A stretch of DNA of 63,997 nucleotides, filler included, from Stramenopiles sp. TOSAG23-2 (Eukaryota), in NCBI GenBank assembly GCA_900128395.1. It is 26 parts of 26 records of this genome, joined end to end, with 100 filler letters (N's around TTAATTAATTAA, not from the genome) between each part and the next. Parts side by side here need not be neighbours in the genome. Positions count along the whole stretch, not along the records: positions 1 to 2,381 come from LT651791.1; positions 2,482 to 4,861 come from LT651792.1; positions 4,962 to 7,338 come from LT651793.1; positions 7,439 to 9,815 come from LT651794.1; positions 9,916 to 12,291 come from LT651795.1; 21 more parts are not named here. One strand, given 5' to 3'. Below, in pieces: positions 1 through 9,925 of the stretch. The position numbers were made by a program, and so were the translations under genes. Under the pieces are notes generated by a model. That model was given only the letters and a program-made list of their open reading frames with translations. It was not told where the DNA came from and made no database searches. The number at the start of each line of letters is the position of its first letter. Positions within the stretch are counted from its first letter, which is position 1.

Positions 1-2
1 AT

Positions 3-1340
3 AATAATAATAATAATAATAATAATAATGGAAGCAATATAATAAATGCTTTACTACAATCACATTCAAAAAATAAAAAAAGAAGAAGGCGAAGAAGGGA
101 AAAAGGTAATAAGAATGATGAGGATAATAATAACAAAAAACCAATTGATTACATACGCCAACATATTAATAATATTAGTACACAAAAGATTAAGTTAAAA
201 AGTATCACAGGAAAGTCTTCACAGTCAGATGTAAAAAAAGATGAAGATCACCATGAACAACATAATATTATATGTTTATTATTTATTATCATTGATACAT
301 TACCATATGAAAATATATGGAAAAAATGGATTGAAAGTAGTAATAATAATAATAATAATGGTGGAAAGTATAATACTACTACCACTTCATCATCATCATC
401 ATCAAATACTAATACCACTAATAGCACGAATACAACGAAACAAACAACTGTTAAAGTATTTATACATGCTAAAAATCCAGATCAAGTAAAAAGTTCATGG
501 GTACGAAAATATTTAATTGAAAAATCATTTTGTCCAGCATGGGGTTCTGTTGAATTGACGAAAGCAATGGTTGAATTAGCTCGTGTTGCATTATTAAATA
601 CAAAAGATGCAGCTGAAAATAAGAATAACAATATAAAATTGTTATATGCATCAGAAAGTTGTGTACCTATATGTACATTATCAGATGCAAGTATACGCTT
701 ATTTTCTAATAATAAAAGTTGGTTAAAAGTAAAATTTAAACCTAGGAATGGATATAATGGTTCTTCGCAATGGGTACCGATTGAAAATGGTGGTGTCATC
801 CCACCAGAATGTGTATGTAAAGCAGATCAATGGGTTGCAATTAATAGAAATCATGCAAAAATAATATTGAATAGTTATGATTATATACAAGGTTTAAAAT
901 CAACAATTAATTTTTGGCCATCGTTTCGAAAAGGATGTGCTTCAGATGAAATGTATTTTCCAACTTTATTATCATGTTGTGGTTTATTACCAAATCGAAG
1001 AAATTATATGAATTATATAATGTCTTCTGATGGGAATGATAATAATAATAGTGGTAGTAGTAGTAATAGCGATGGAACAAAAGCTGTAACATCAACAACT
1101 AATATACCATCCTTATTATATAATGAAATAGATATGAAACAACGATTAACATATGTAATTTGGAATTATGCTGATTATGGTAATTATGATGATAAAAATT
1201 CATTATGCGATCGTCCAGAAACGTTTCAAACGTTTAATAAAGAATTAGTAAAGAATGGATTGAAAGAAGGTTGTATTTTTATACGTAAAATGAAAGATAC
1301 CAATTTAAATGTAGATACATGGTTAGGTATGATATCATAA
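3..1340 (+). CDS. Core-2/I-branching (Branch/DUF266, GT14-like) glycosyltransferase, 5'-truncated
   Basis: The frame of ORF 555-1340 is open back to the contig start. Motifs ICLLFIIIDTLPYENIWKKW, VFIHAK, WGSVEL, SESCVPI, KADQWVAINRNHA and ASDEMYFPTLL match the Branch family pattern. Confidence 0.8.
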   Translation, partial: NNNNNNNNNGSNIINALLQSHSKNKKRRRRRREKGNKNDEDNNNKKPIDYIRQHINNISTQKIKLKSITGKSSQSDVKKDEDHHEQHNIICLLFIIIDTLPYENIWKKWIESSNNNNNNGGKYNTTTTSSSSSSNTNTTNSTNTTKQTTVKVFIHAKNPDQVKSSWVRKYLIEKSFCPAWGSVELTKAMVELARVALLNTKDAAENKNNNIKLLYASESCVPICTLSDASIRLFSNNKSWLKVKFKPRNGYNGSSQWVPIENGGVIPPECVCKADQWVAINRNHAKIILNSYDYIQGLKSTINFWPSFRKGCASDEMYFPTLLSCCGLLPNRRNYMNYIMSSDGNDNNNSGSSSNSDGTKAVTSTTNIPSLLYNEIDMKQRLTYVIWNYADYGNYDDKNSLCDRPETFQTFNKELVKNGLKEGCIFIRKMKDTNLNVDTWLGMIS

Positions 1341-1706
1341 AAATCTACATATAATATACGAGTCATACATGACATACGAGAAGTGTATCCAAGTTTAAGA
1401 GAGAGAAGAGAGAGATAAAAAAATAACAAGACGCACACATACATGATATGTATTTGTTTTTAAAAATATAAAAGAGCAAAAACCTCACAATGTATATTTT
1501 AAATATTTTAATTTGAATAATACTTAAATTATATTTTATAAAAATGAATATTGTACCTGGTACAAACACACGCTACTTTACACACCCTGCCTCTTGCCGA
1601 ATCATCTCTCTCTATTATCAACACGCATTAAAAAGATGGAGATGTATCTCACATATCACACCCCATAAAAAACCATAAAAAATCTTTTTACGAAGTATAA
1701 AATTTT

Positions 1707-2381
1707 TTAAACAACTGCTTCTTGTTTTGTTGACTTTTCATTTTCATCACCATCTTCATCTCCTTCATACCAACCAATACCCATATGTGGTTTCCATCCT
1801 TTTTTTAATTGATCATAAAACTGCAAGATAGTTTCTTGTTTATATAAATGTTTACGCACATGACGAGCAGTTAATAATTGCTTTTGCACAGCTTCAGGAG
1901 TAACATTCTGTTTGTACAATAACCAACAAAATGCAACAGCTGCAGCACGCCCATGCCCCCCTTTACAATGGCAATATACTTTTCCTAAACCATTACTATC
2001 ATGATCATATAAGAAAATAACTGCTTCTTTCAAATCACCAAGTGTTGGTTCTTCATGATCTATTACCGGTAAACGTAAATAATTCATCCCTAAACGCTCA
2101 TATGCTTCTACTGGCCCAGCATATTCATCTTGCAAACTAATTACACCGCGTACACCTGATTTATATAATTCTGTTACATGTGAAAAAAACCATCCTTCAA
2201 AAGGCACGGCACCTAATATTAGAAATTCATCAATACGACTCCAATAATCACCTTTTTTTAAATATTTTCGTGTAAAATAATTAATGGGCCATGTTAAAGG
2301 AAAATAAAACCTAGTCAACACTTGCGTAGCATTACGACTAAAAAATTTCTTTTGCAAAAGCGCATATCCAACACAAAATAA
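1707..2381 (-). CDS. Dual-specificity phosphatase, PTPMT1-like (phosphatidylglycerophosphatase), 5'-truncated
   Basis: CX5R loop HCKGGHGRAA; WSRIDEFLILGAVPF and LRLPVID match PTPMT1-type DSPs. Frame is open to the contig end. Confidence 0.8.
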   Translation of the reverse strand, partial: LFCVGYALLQKKFFSRNATQVLTRFYFPLTWPINYFTRKYLKKGDYWSRIDEFLILGAVPFEGWFFSHVTELYKSGVRGVISLQDEYAGPVEAYERLGMNYLRLPVIDHEEPTLGDLKEAVIFLYDHDSNGLGKVYCHCKGGHGRAAAVAFCWLLYKQNVTPEAVQKQLLTARHVRKHLYKQETILQFYDQLKKGWKPHMGIGWYEGDEDGDENEKSTKQEAVV

Positions 2382-2481
2382 NNNNNNNNNNNNNNNNNNN
2401 NNNNNNNNNNNNNNNNNNNNNNNNNTTAATTAATTAANNNNNNNNNNNNNNNNNNNNNNNNNNNNNNNNNNNNNNNNNNNN
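2382..2481. other. Artificial contig linker N44-TTAATTAATTAA-N44 (first of 25 identical linkers)
   Basis: The same 12-mer is flanked by N runs at 2426, 4906, 7383, 9860, 12336, 14810, 17283, 19756, 22228, 24697, 27166, 29635, 32103, 34570, 37037, 39502, 41965, 44427, 46889, 49351, 51812, 54272, 56730, 59187 and 61644. It gives stops in all six frames, and the contigs between linkers are ordered by decreasing length (2380 down to 2357 nt). Confidence 0.99.
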
Positions 2482-2803
2482 TTATATATTTTCGTAAATT
2501 ATAATGATCACAATATTTTTCCAAATGTTCACAAATTTCAAATGCAGCAGGATGCCATGTTTTAGTTGATGTTGGCGAAAATGGAAAATCAGATGCACAT
2601 GTTAATAAAGAGCTACTGTTTGTATGCAATGAATCATATGCCAATCCACCAGGACCTTTTGAACGCCAGACACCACCAACTGAATCTGCAGCTTCAAAAA
2701 CAGTTGGTATTAAATTATGTTCTAAACATGCTTTTAAGACGTACAATCCAGTTGTACCACCTCCAACAATGCATATTTTATCACCAGGATTTAATTTTAC
2801 CAT
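2482..2803 (-). CDS. Flavin-containing monooxygenase (FMO family), N-terminal part only
   Basis: FAD motif IVGGGTTGL, then FEAADSVGGVW, YDSLHTNSS and SDFPF. Truncated by the contig end. Confidence 0.85.
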
Positions 2804-2900
2804 CTTGTATAAATATTCGTTTGCAAGAAAATTTAATCAACACACACAAATACGCACGGAGAAAATGTATGATAATTACTACTGTAATATTACTATCTCG

Positions 2901-3140
2901 TTTTGACTGTACCACCAATAAGCAAGATTGTTTCAAGAAATGGAATAATTACTACTATATAATATATTATGTTTCCTTTTTACTGTACCACCAATAAGCA
3001 AGATTGTTTCAAGATATGGGATAATTACTACTATATAATATCTCTTTTTTCTCCTTTTTCACTGTACCACCAATAAGCGAGATTGTTTCAAGATAATATG
3101 GAATAATTACTATTATATAATATATTTTGTTTCCTTTTTG
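2901..3140. repeat. Three diverged ~78-bp tandem repeats in the FMO/DLH divergent intergenic region
   Basis: Core actgtaccaccaataagc(a/g)agattgtttcaaga...ataattacta(c/t)tatataatat recurs near 2906, 2982 and 3061. Confidence 0.9.
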
Positions 3141-3586
3141 ATTAAAGTACGGTATTTACTACCCCGAGTCTTATTATTCTTCCATTGTTATCATTTACCA
3201 ATGGCTTTATACATCTACATGTTAATGTATCGATATACTATTGATTGATGTTAATAATATGTGGAAAAAAAAAAAAAAGAAAAAAAAAAGGATTATTTTA
3301 TTCTCCCTGTTGGACACAAAGCTAGCAGGCACATAGCATTATAAATCCAAAGGCCCAAAAGATACTTTGATGATGATGATTCATAATATATTATATATAT
3401 TATATTCATAGAGATATCTTTGGTGTGTTTTTGGATAAAACATTGATAAAACATAAATTTAAATGTAAATAGTAACAATAAATATATAGATAGTATATAT
3501 ATGGTTATAATTGTAGTGAGAAATTACTGAGAAAAGAAAGAAAAAAAAAACGCCAAGGTATAAAAACAACAAAGAACAAAAAAAAA

Positions 3587-4654
3587 ATGTTATCAAGAAA
3601 TTTAACATGCAGTGCAGATGCAGAACCACCAACTGGTATATATAAAACACAACCACATTTAAAACCAAAATCCAAATATTTAACCATTAATAATACAAGT
3701 GGTGAAATCATCAATGGTGAATTAGTTGTTGAAAACGTGCCATTAACATACGAAGGGTATACATATCGTCATTCATACATTGCATATATTAAAGGACGTC
3801 CACCAGCACCAGTGATACTTGTACATCCTAATTATGCTGGGCTCAAACAATTTGATATTGACCAAGCATGTTTTTTAGCACGTTGTGGTTACGTTGGCTT
3901 TGCACTTGATTTATACAAAGAGGTTGAAGATTATAAATTTGAAGATAGGAATCCAAGCAAAGATCGTAGCACAAAAGCATTGAGGGATTTAGCCAGAAGA
4001 CATTTTGCTGGTGCATTTGCAGCTATGAATGATGCATTGCGACATCCAAAACATTGGAGAGGACTTATGAATGCATATTTACAACATTCATTTACCCATC
4101 CTGCGGTCAAAGCAAAACATGCTGGTGCGGTTGGTTATTGTTTTGGTGGACAATGTTTACTAGAACAAGTACGAGCTGGTCATGATGTTCAAGCTGTTGT
4201 TTCTTTTCATGGATTATTATATTCACGTCCAACGTATAAAGATGATCCATTAGGTAGGAAACGTCCAAATGGTGAAAATCGTCTTACGGTTGAGGAATTC
4301 GAAGAAGAAGTTGATACTGCGCCAAATTTATATGCCAAAAACTGTAAAGTTTTAATTGAAAATGGTGATTTGGATGATGAAGTTCCAGATTGGTCTCTGG
4401 CAGAATGGAAAAAAGAAATGGATGATGCAGGTATTGATTGGAGATTTCATAATCATGCAAAAACACCGCATGGATTTGCATTAGCTGAAGGTGTATGGAG
4501 TACTGCATATACAGAAGCAGCTGATCGCCGATCAACATTGAGTATGTTAAGTTTATTTGCTGAGACATGGCCACAATATCCACAATTTTATGTTGAAAGA
4601 AATGCATGTGGGACTATGTTAAATCAAACCATATTAACACAAGCAAGGTTGTAA
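3587..4654 (+). CDS. Dienelactone hydrolase family alpha/beta hydrolase, C-terminal ARL (PTS1-like)
   Basis: Nucleophile elbow GYCFGG, VSFHG, NGDLDD (Asp) and HGFA (His). Complete 355-aa ORF. Confidence 0.88.
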   Translation: MLSRNLTCSADAEPPTGIYKTQPHLKPKSKYLTINNTSGEIINGELVVENVPLTYEGYTYRHSYIAYIKGRPPAPVILVHPNYAGLKQFDIDQACFLARCGYVGFALDLYKEVEDYKFEDRNPSKDRSTKALRDLARRHFAGAFAAMNDALRHPKHWRGLMNAYLQHSFTHPAVKAKHAGAVGYCFGGQCLLEQVRAGHDVQAVVSFHGLLYSRPTYKDDPLGRKRPNGENRLTVEEFEEEVDTAPNLYAKNCKVLIENGDLDDEVPDWSLAEWKKEMDDAGIDWRFHNHAKTPHGFALAEGVWSTAYTEAADRRSTLSMLSLFAETWPQYPQFYVERNACGTMLNQTILTQARL

Positions 4655-4963
4655 AGGAGAGAGAGGGAGAGATAACCGCTCTTAAAATTGAGTAAAAATA
4701 TTTGAAGATGGTAATAAAGAGATCTAAAGAGAGAGAGAGAGAGAGTGAGAGAGAGATTTTATATATATAAATTAGCTTGCGGTGGCGCATGAGAGCTTGC
4801 GGCGACGTCAGGAGAGCTTTATTATAGTAGGATAGCATATTATTCTTGCGATTGAGTATTGNNNNNNNNNNNNNNNNNNNNNNNNNNNNNNNNNNNNNNN
4901 NNNNNTTAATTAATTAANNNNNNNNNNNNNNNNNNNNNNNNNNNNNNNNNNNNNNNNNNNNTT

Positions 4964-6552
4964 TTATTTAAATTTGCTACTAATTTCACCACAATTTTCT
5001 TTCTTGGCAATATATATTTCTGTCCGTATCGAAGAGCTTGCATGTGGTACACCAAAACCATCCGTAAGCCATGCACGCACATAATTACTTCCTTCGCTAA
5101 GTTCTGGAAATGTTATAGCAGCATGTGCCGCATCATCTCGTCTAATTGGAAATGGTTTACAACGCTCTTTTGATGGATATTTCTGCAATTGGGCACACAT
5201 TTGCCATAAGCCACCTTTTGGTTCATCCGATTCACCACGCCAAGGAGCAATTTCGATTTTTACTTCAATATCCTTCGGCTTACCTGTCATTTCAACAGGT
5301 ATAAATTTCAATTTTGTTGGCAATATTTTTACTCGACTATTATACAAATGGTATCCATAAACTTTATTATTATCAATTCCAATATTGTCATTGTTACCTA
5401 CACTACAAGTAGTAACATTTGCTTCTACATTCGCAAAACACGTGTTCCTTGAGGAGGATAATTTACTAATGTTTGTATTTTTCAAAAAATTTAAATGCTT
5501 TATCATGGAAAAATGAATTGAATTGAAAAATGACGACGAATATACCTTTATTTCTGAACGAAAAGATCTTACCGCATGTGTTAAATATTTTGGTCCTGTA
5601 ATTTCCCATGCCTCGCGACCATGATTCAGAACGGCCCATTTAGGCAAGTCTCGGATCAATCTACCAAAAAAAATGTTACTACGTGTAGAACCTAATATAG
5701 CGTTGTTGACGATGTCAGGTGATTCAAGAAAAGCAAATGCTGAAATAAAAACATCTTCATTATCCTCTTTCTTTTTTTTGTACATTAATGGCTCAATATT
5801 TCGTATAGGATTTATATCCATATCTATATATACTCCACCATATTGATGTAGTNNNNNNNNNNNATAATATCTGAAAGAGCACGTGGATCAGTTAACGATT
5901 TAAATAAATTGATATTTTCAATATTATTAAATTGAACTTTATTTACATTGTTATTATTCCATAATTTAATGTCAAAATTTGGATGCAATTTTTTCCATGC
6001 ATCCATGTTTTCTTCCGCATACTGTGGAATTGGTGCGGTTCCTAACCAAATAAAGTGTAAAATTTTTGGTATAGTTTCTAAATTTTTATCTATTTTGTTT
6101 GCAAATTTCTCATTATCCCATTCAACCCATTTCATTAATCCAGAGCGTTCCTGATCGTATTTTATTTTACGTGTCAATAATAAATTAATTACATTATTGA
6201 AAATTACTGTATCATTCAATTGCATTTTTTTGTATTTTTGACGAAATAATTCTCCAACCTGTTTTACTGTATCATCACTACAAAAATGAATATAATTTGT
6301 AATTAATTGACCTGGAAGATCCAAAGGTACTGTAAATAGTAAACGATTATGAGTCAAACGGACTGGACTAGTCAAACCATCGTCGCAATTAAGTTGGGTA
6401 ACATCATGACCTATTATATTATTATTATCAGAAGATATAATTATTGAGTTATTTTCAATTGCAATTGTATACTCAAAAAACACATTTGCAAAGATTGCAA
6501 AGTGCAAGAAGATAAACAGATAAGAGCAAATTAACCATCTTTTCCCAATCAT
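4964..6552 (-). CDS. Type II membrane glycosyltransferase with DXD sugar-binding motif (GT32/OCH1-like), split by an internal N gap
   Basis: N-terminal signal anchor; IPKILHFIWLG, WKKLHP, ALSDI-[N gap]-LHQYGGVYIDMD, NNAILGS and ITGPKYLT. ORFs 5824-6552 and 4964-5821 are one gene offset at the small gap near 5853-5863. Confidence 0.85.
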
Positions 6553-7764
6553 TACAAAAGTTTAATAGATCCCAATAAAAATGAAAAAATTCAATGTAAA
6601 TATACATGTATAGTACCTTCTTCTCCTTTTGCATTTTTTGTACTATTATAAATATAAACCACACTCACACACATCCACTTCGTTTGGCACTTTTTTTACT
6701 TTTTTGTTGTTTGTTGTTGTTGTTGTTGTGTTGCAAAATTTCATTTAATTAATCTATTTAATTGAATTTAAGGGTTTTGCCACGAATTAAAATATTAATA
6801 TTATATTATACCGGCGTACAAAGAAAATGGTGCTATGAGGCGTACAGTATGCTGGAAAAGAAATACACAGAGAAGAAACAAGAAATGCCAGAANNNNNNN
6901 NNNNNNNNNNNNNNNNNNNNNNNNNNNNNNNNNNNNNNNNNNNNNNAAACAAGAAATGCCAGAATTTCAGAATTCAACACCAGATCACCAGATCACAGAC
7001 GACAGTCTTTTTGTTGTTGTGTTGCGTTGTTGCTTGCGGCTTTATTTGTTCCGTAGTTATAGTGGTATGTAGTACTAGTTACTTTAGGTGAAGAACGTTA
7101 CTATTATTATTATACATATATTTTAATTATACGCGTATTATTATACATGCATACGCAACTCGGTCAGTCTACGCACGCGTCTACGCCCGAAAAACAATAT
7201 ACTATATCATCAATATTATTAGAATCTATCACGATAAATCTTTCAATAATAGCGACACAATAAATAAATCATAAAGGTCTCTGCATTGAAGCACTAAACG
7301 TGAGTAATTAACATTAACGGCAGGACAATTATTTCGAANNNNNNNNNNNNNNNNNNNNNNNNNNNNNNNNNNNNNNNNNNNNTTAATTAATTAANNNNNN
7401 NNNNNNNNNNNNNNNNNNNNNNNNNNNNNNNNNNNNNNGGCATATGTAAACATGAATATGAAGTCGATGACTAGTGGTGGTGACAGTAACGAGAAGAAGA
7501 AAAAGAAGAAAGTGTCATGATGAGAAACATTTGCATCTCAAATATAGTTTTTTATACTTCGTATAATTTTATATTCGTATTTTTTTTACGAAGCCGTAAA
7601 CATTTTTGTAATTTACTTGTGTATCATATCATAATAAAACTAAAGATATTTTATGATATGTTTTATCGTTTGTGTGTCTGTTTATTTATGATAAATGTAC
7701 CAACTACACACGCGCACTATTTTTACAGTATAATCTATATCCGATTATCCGGCGGTTACGATTT

Positions 7765-9093
7765 TTAGCGCTTCTTTTTACGACTTCTTTTCTTCTTCTT
7801 TGACTTTGTTGCTGTTGTTGTTTTTCCCATTGAAAATTGTAAAGGAGAAGAAGAAGAAGAAGCGATCCATTCATTGCTTAATGAATCTACATTTTCTTCG
7901 ATTTTTTTCTTACTACGACCAGGACTTGGTGCATCGCTTTTCTTTCCATTGTCACCATCCTCAAATAATGAAGGGTCGTTGTTCTCCATTCTCATCATTA
8001 ATGTATTCATCGCAGCCATCATTTCATCTGTTGGTTGAAAAAAATCTTCTTCTTCTTCCTCCTCTTCCCTTGTCAGCGCAACATCAGGATTTCCAAGCTC
8101 TGGAAAAAAATTCTCTAACTCTTTTATTTTTGTATCCCAATCTCCTTTCTTCATTAATTCTTTCTTTCCATTTGCAGTTGTTAAATTATGCAAACCAGTT
8201 AAATAGTTATAAGGTTCGCCTTGTTTTAATATATCACTCACACCATATGTGATATCATCTTCAGTCTGCTTATTTCTTGAACCATTTATAACTTCAGATG
8301 CTACAAATGCAGTGGCCCAATATCGCAATGGGTCATCAATAACTGAATTTACATATATTCCATAATTATCTTTCATTCGTCTTGCTTCTTCTTGAAACCA
8401 TGGTTGTAAATCTTTGTCATATTCTGAAGCAGCCAACCTTTTATAGTGAGACATATACCATTCTGGGCCATATCCTCGATCAAGCCTATACCGCGGTTGA
8501 AACCCTCCGCTGCCTCCATTACCATCTTCCATTTCCAATATGCGATAATCAACAAACCAGACTCTATTCTTATCATAATCAGCTTGTTTAAAGCGTTCGC
8601 GATATTGTGAATAGGAACTTGTTTTTGATGGGGAATACTTAATATCTTCCTTGATTCGTTTTTCCCACTCCGCACGAGGAAGTGCACGTACCATGGAAGA
8701 AGTTTCTGGATTACGTTCTTGTATTTGCAACTCTCCATTTTCAGCAAGTTTTACTCTATTATAATCACCAATTTCAATGATAACATCATAATCCCTATAC
8801 TTCCATGCCAAACTCATTGCAAAACCTAATGATAATGGGTATTTTTGTCTGCAAAATTCATTACAAATTGCTTCGATTTTATGACGATTGAAACCTTCAG
8901 AACGACTTATCTCTTTGCGGCCTTTTCGCATCATTTTACAAGCTTTTTTATGTGCTTTCCAATGTTTCTTCTGACACTCTGGACTACAGTATTTGACAGA
9001 TTTACAAGCTGCACAAGCTTTTAATTTTTTTTGAGAATTGGATATACCACAATAATTGCAAACATAATTTACACCACCTACAAGTGATGCCAT
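7765..9093 (-). CDS. MYND zinc-finger protein (N-terminal zf-MYND) with basic C-terminal tail
   Basis: CNYC...CAACKSVKYCSPECQKKHWKAHKKAC; 442-aa ORF ending KKKKRSRKKKR. Confidence 0.85.
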   Translation of the reverse strand: MASLVGGVNYVCNYCGISNSQKKLKACAACKSVKYCSPECQKKHWKAHKKACKMMRKGRKEISRSEGFNRHKIEAICNEFCRQKYPLSLGFAMSLAWKYRDYDVIIEIGDYNRVKLAENGELQIQERNPETSSMVRALPRAEWEKRIKEDIKYSPSKTSSYSQYRERFKQADYDKNRVWFVDYRILEMEDGNGGSGGFQPRYRLDRGYGPEWYMSHYKRLAASEYDKDLQPWFQEEARRMKDNYGIYVNSVIDDPLRYWATAFVASEVINGSRNKQTEDDITYGVSDILKQGEPYNYLTGLHNLTTANGKKELMKKGDWDTKIKELENFFPELGNPDVALTREEEEEEEDFFQPTDEMMAAMNTLMMRMENNDPSLFEDGDNGKKSDAPSPGRSKKKIEENVDSLSNEWIASSSSSPLQFSMGKTTTATKSKKKKRSRKKKR

Positions 9094-9782
9094 TTTTTTA
9101 ATTATATAACTATTATACTCTAGAGACTATATATGTATTACTTGAATAAAGAATTCAAAACAATACTTTCATACTTTACTTTAGTTGTATTTACCTATTT
9201 ACGCGCAATATAAGAGTATGTATATAAAATATAATTTAAAAGTTATTATTTTGGACTTTCTTTTATATATATGCAGCAGTTGCATATATATTTTAATAAT
9301 TTTTTTTAAACTCACAAAAATCCCGCCGCGCGCCATTTTTTAAAAAATTTTCACATCATTCCAGGCATTATTTTCTTCGTTCTTCTTATTATTATATTCT
9401 TCGTATACATTAGTACAATACATTTTACAGCAGCATGTTATAGGGTTTGATATTGGTTAAGGGATATTGTCTAAGATATAAATTATATACTTTTATGTAT
9501 TCTCTGTCTACTATGACATATATATATATCTATATATATTATATATATATAGACTATATCTGTTGTTGTTGTTCCATTGACTGGTTGTCTTTTTTCTGCC
9601 GTACTGTGTGCATGTTATCTTATGATCTTTAAGGCTTCGTAATCTCCTGTGCTATATGCGTCTGGTTAGCTTGTTTAGTTATAACGAAGTGTGTCGTATT
9701 TTAATAATATAATAAATAAATAAGAAAAAAGGAATTATAAATATGTACTTAATGGAAGACACGACTCTCTTTTAGTATGTAC

Positions 9783-9815
<33 letters not shown>

Positions 9816-9925
9816 NNNNNNNNNNNNNNNNNNNNNNNNNNNNNNNNNNNNNNNNNNNNTTAATTAATTAANNNNNNNNNNNNNNNNNNNNNNNNNNNNN
9901 NNNNNNNNNNNNNNNAATATTAATC

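Noticed and set aside
2901-3140. Repeat units as a mini CRISPR array
   Set aside because: The intervening segments are homologous to one another rather than unique spacers, there are no cas genes, and the context is eukaryotic.
6762-7091. Short ORFs spanning an N gap
   Set aside because: The same aaacaagaaatgccagaa flanks both sides of the gap (overlap artefact), and the translations have no protein-like features.
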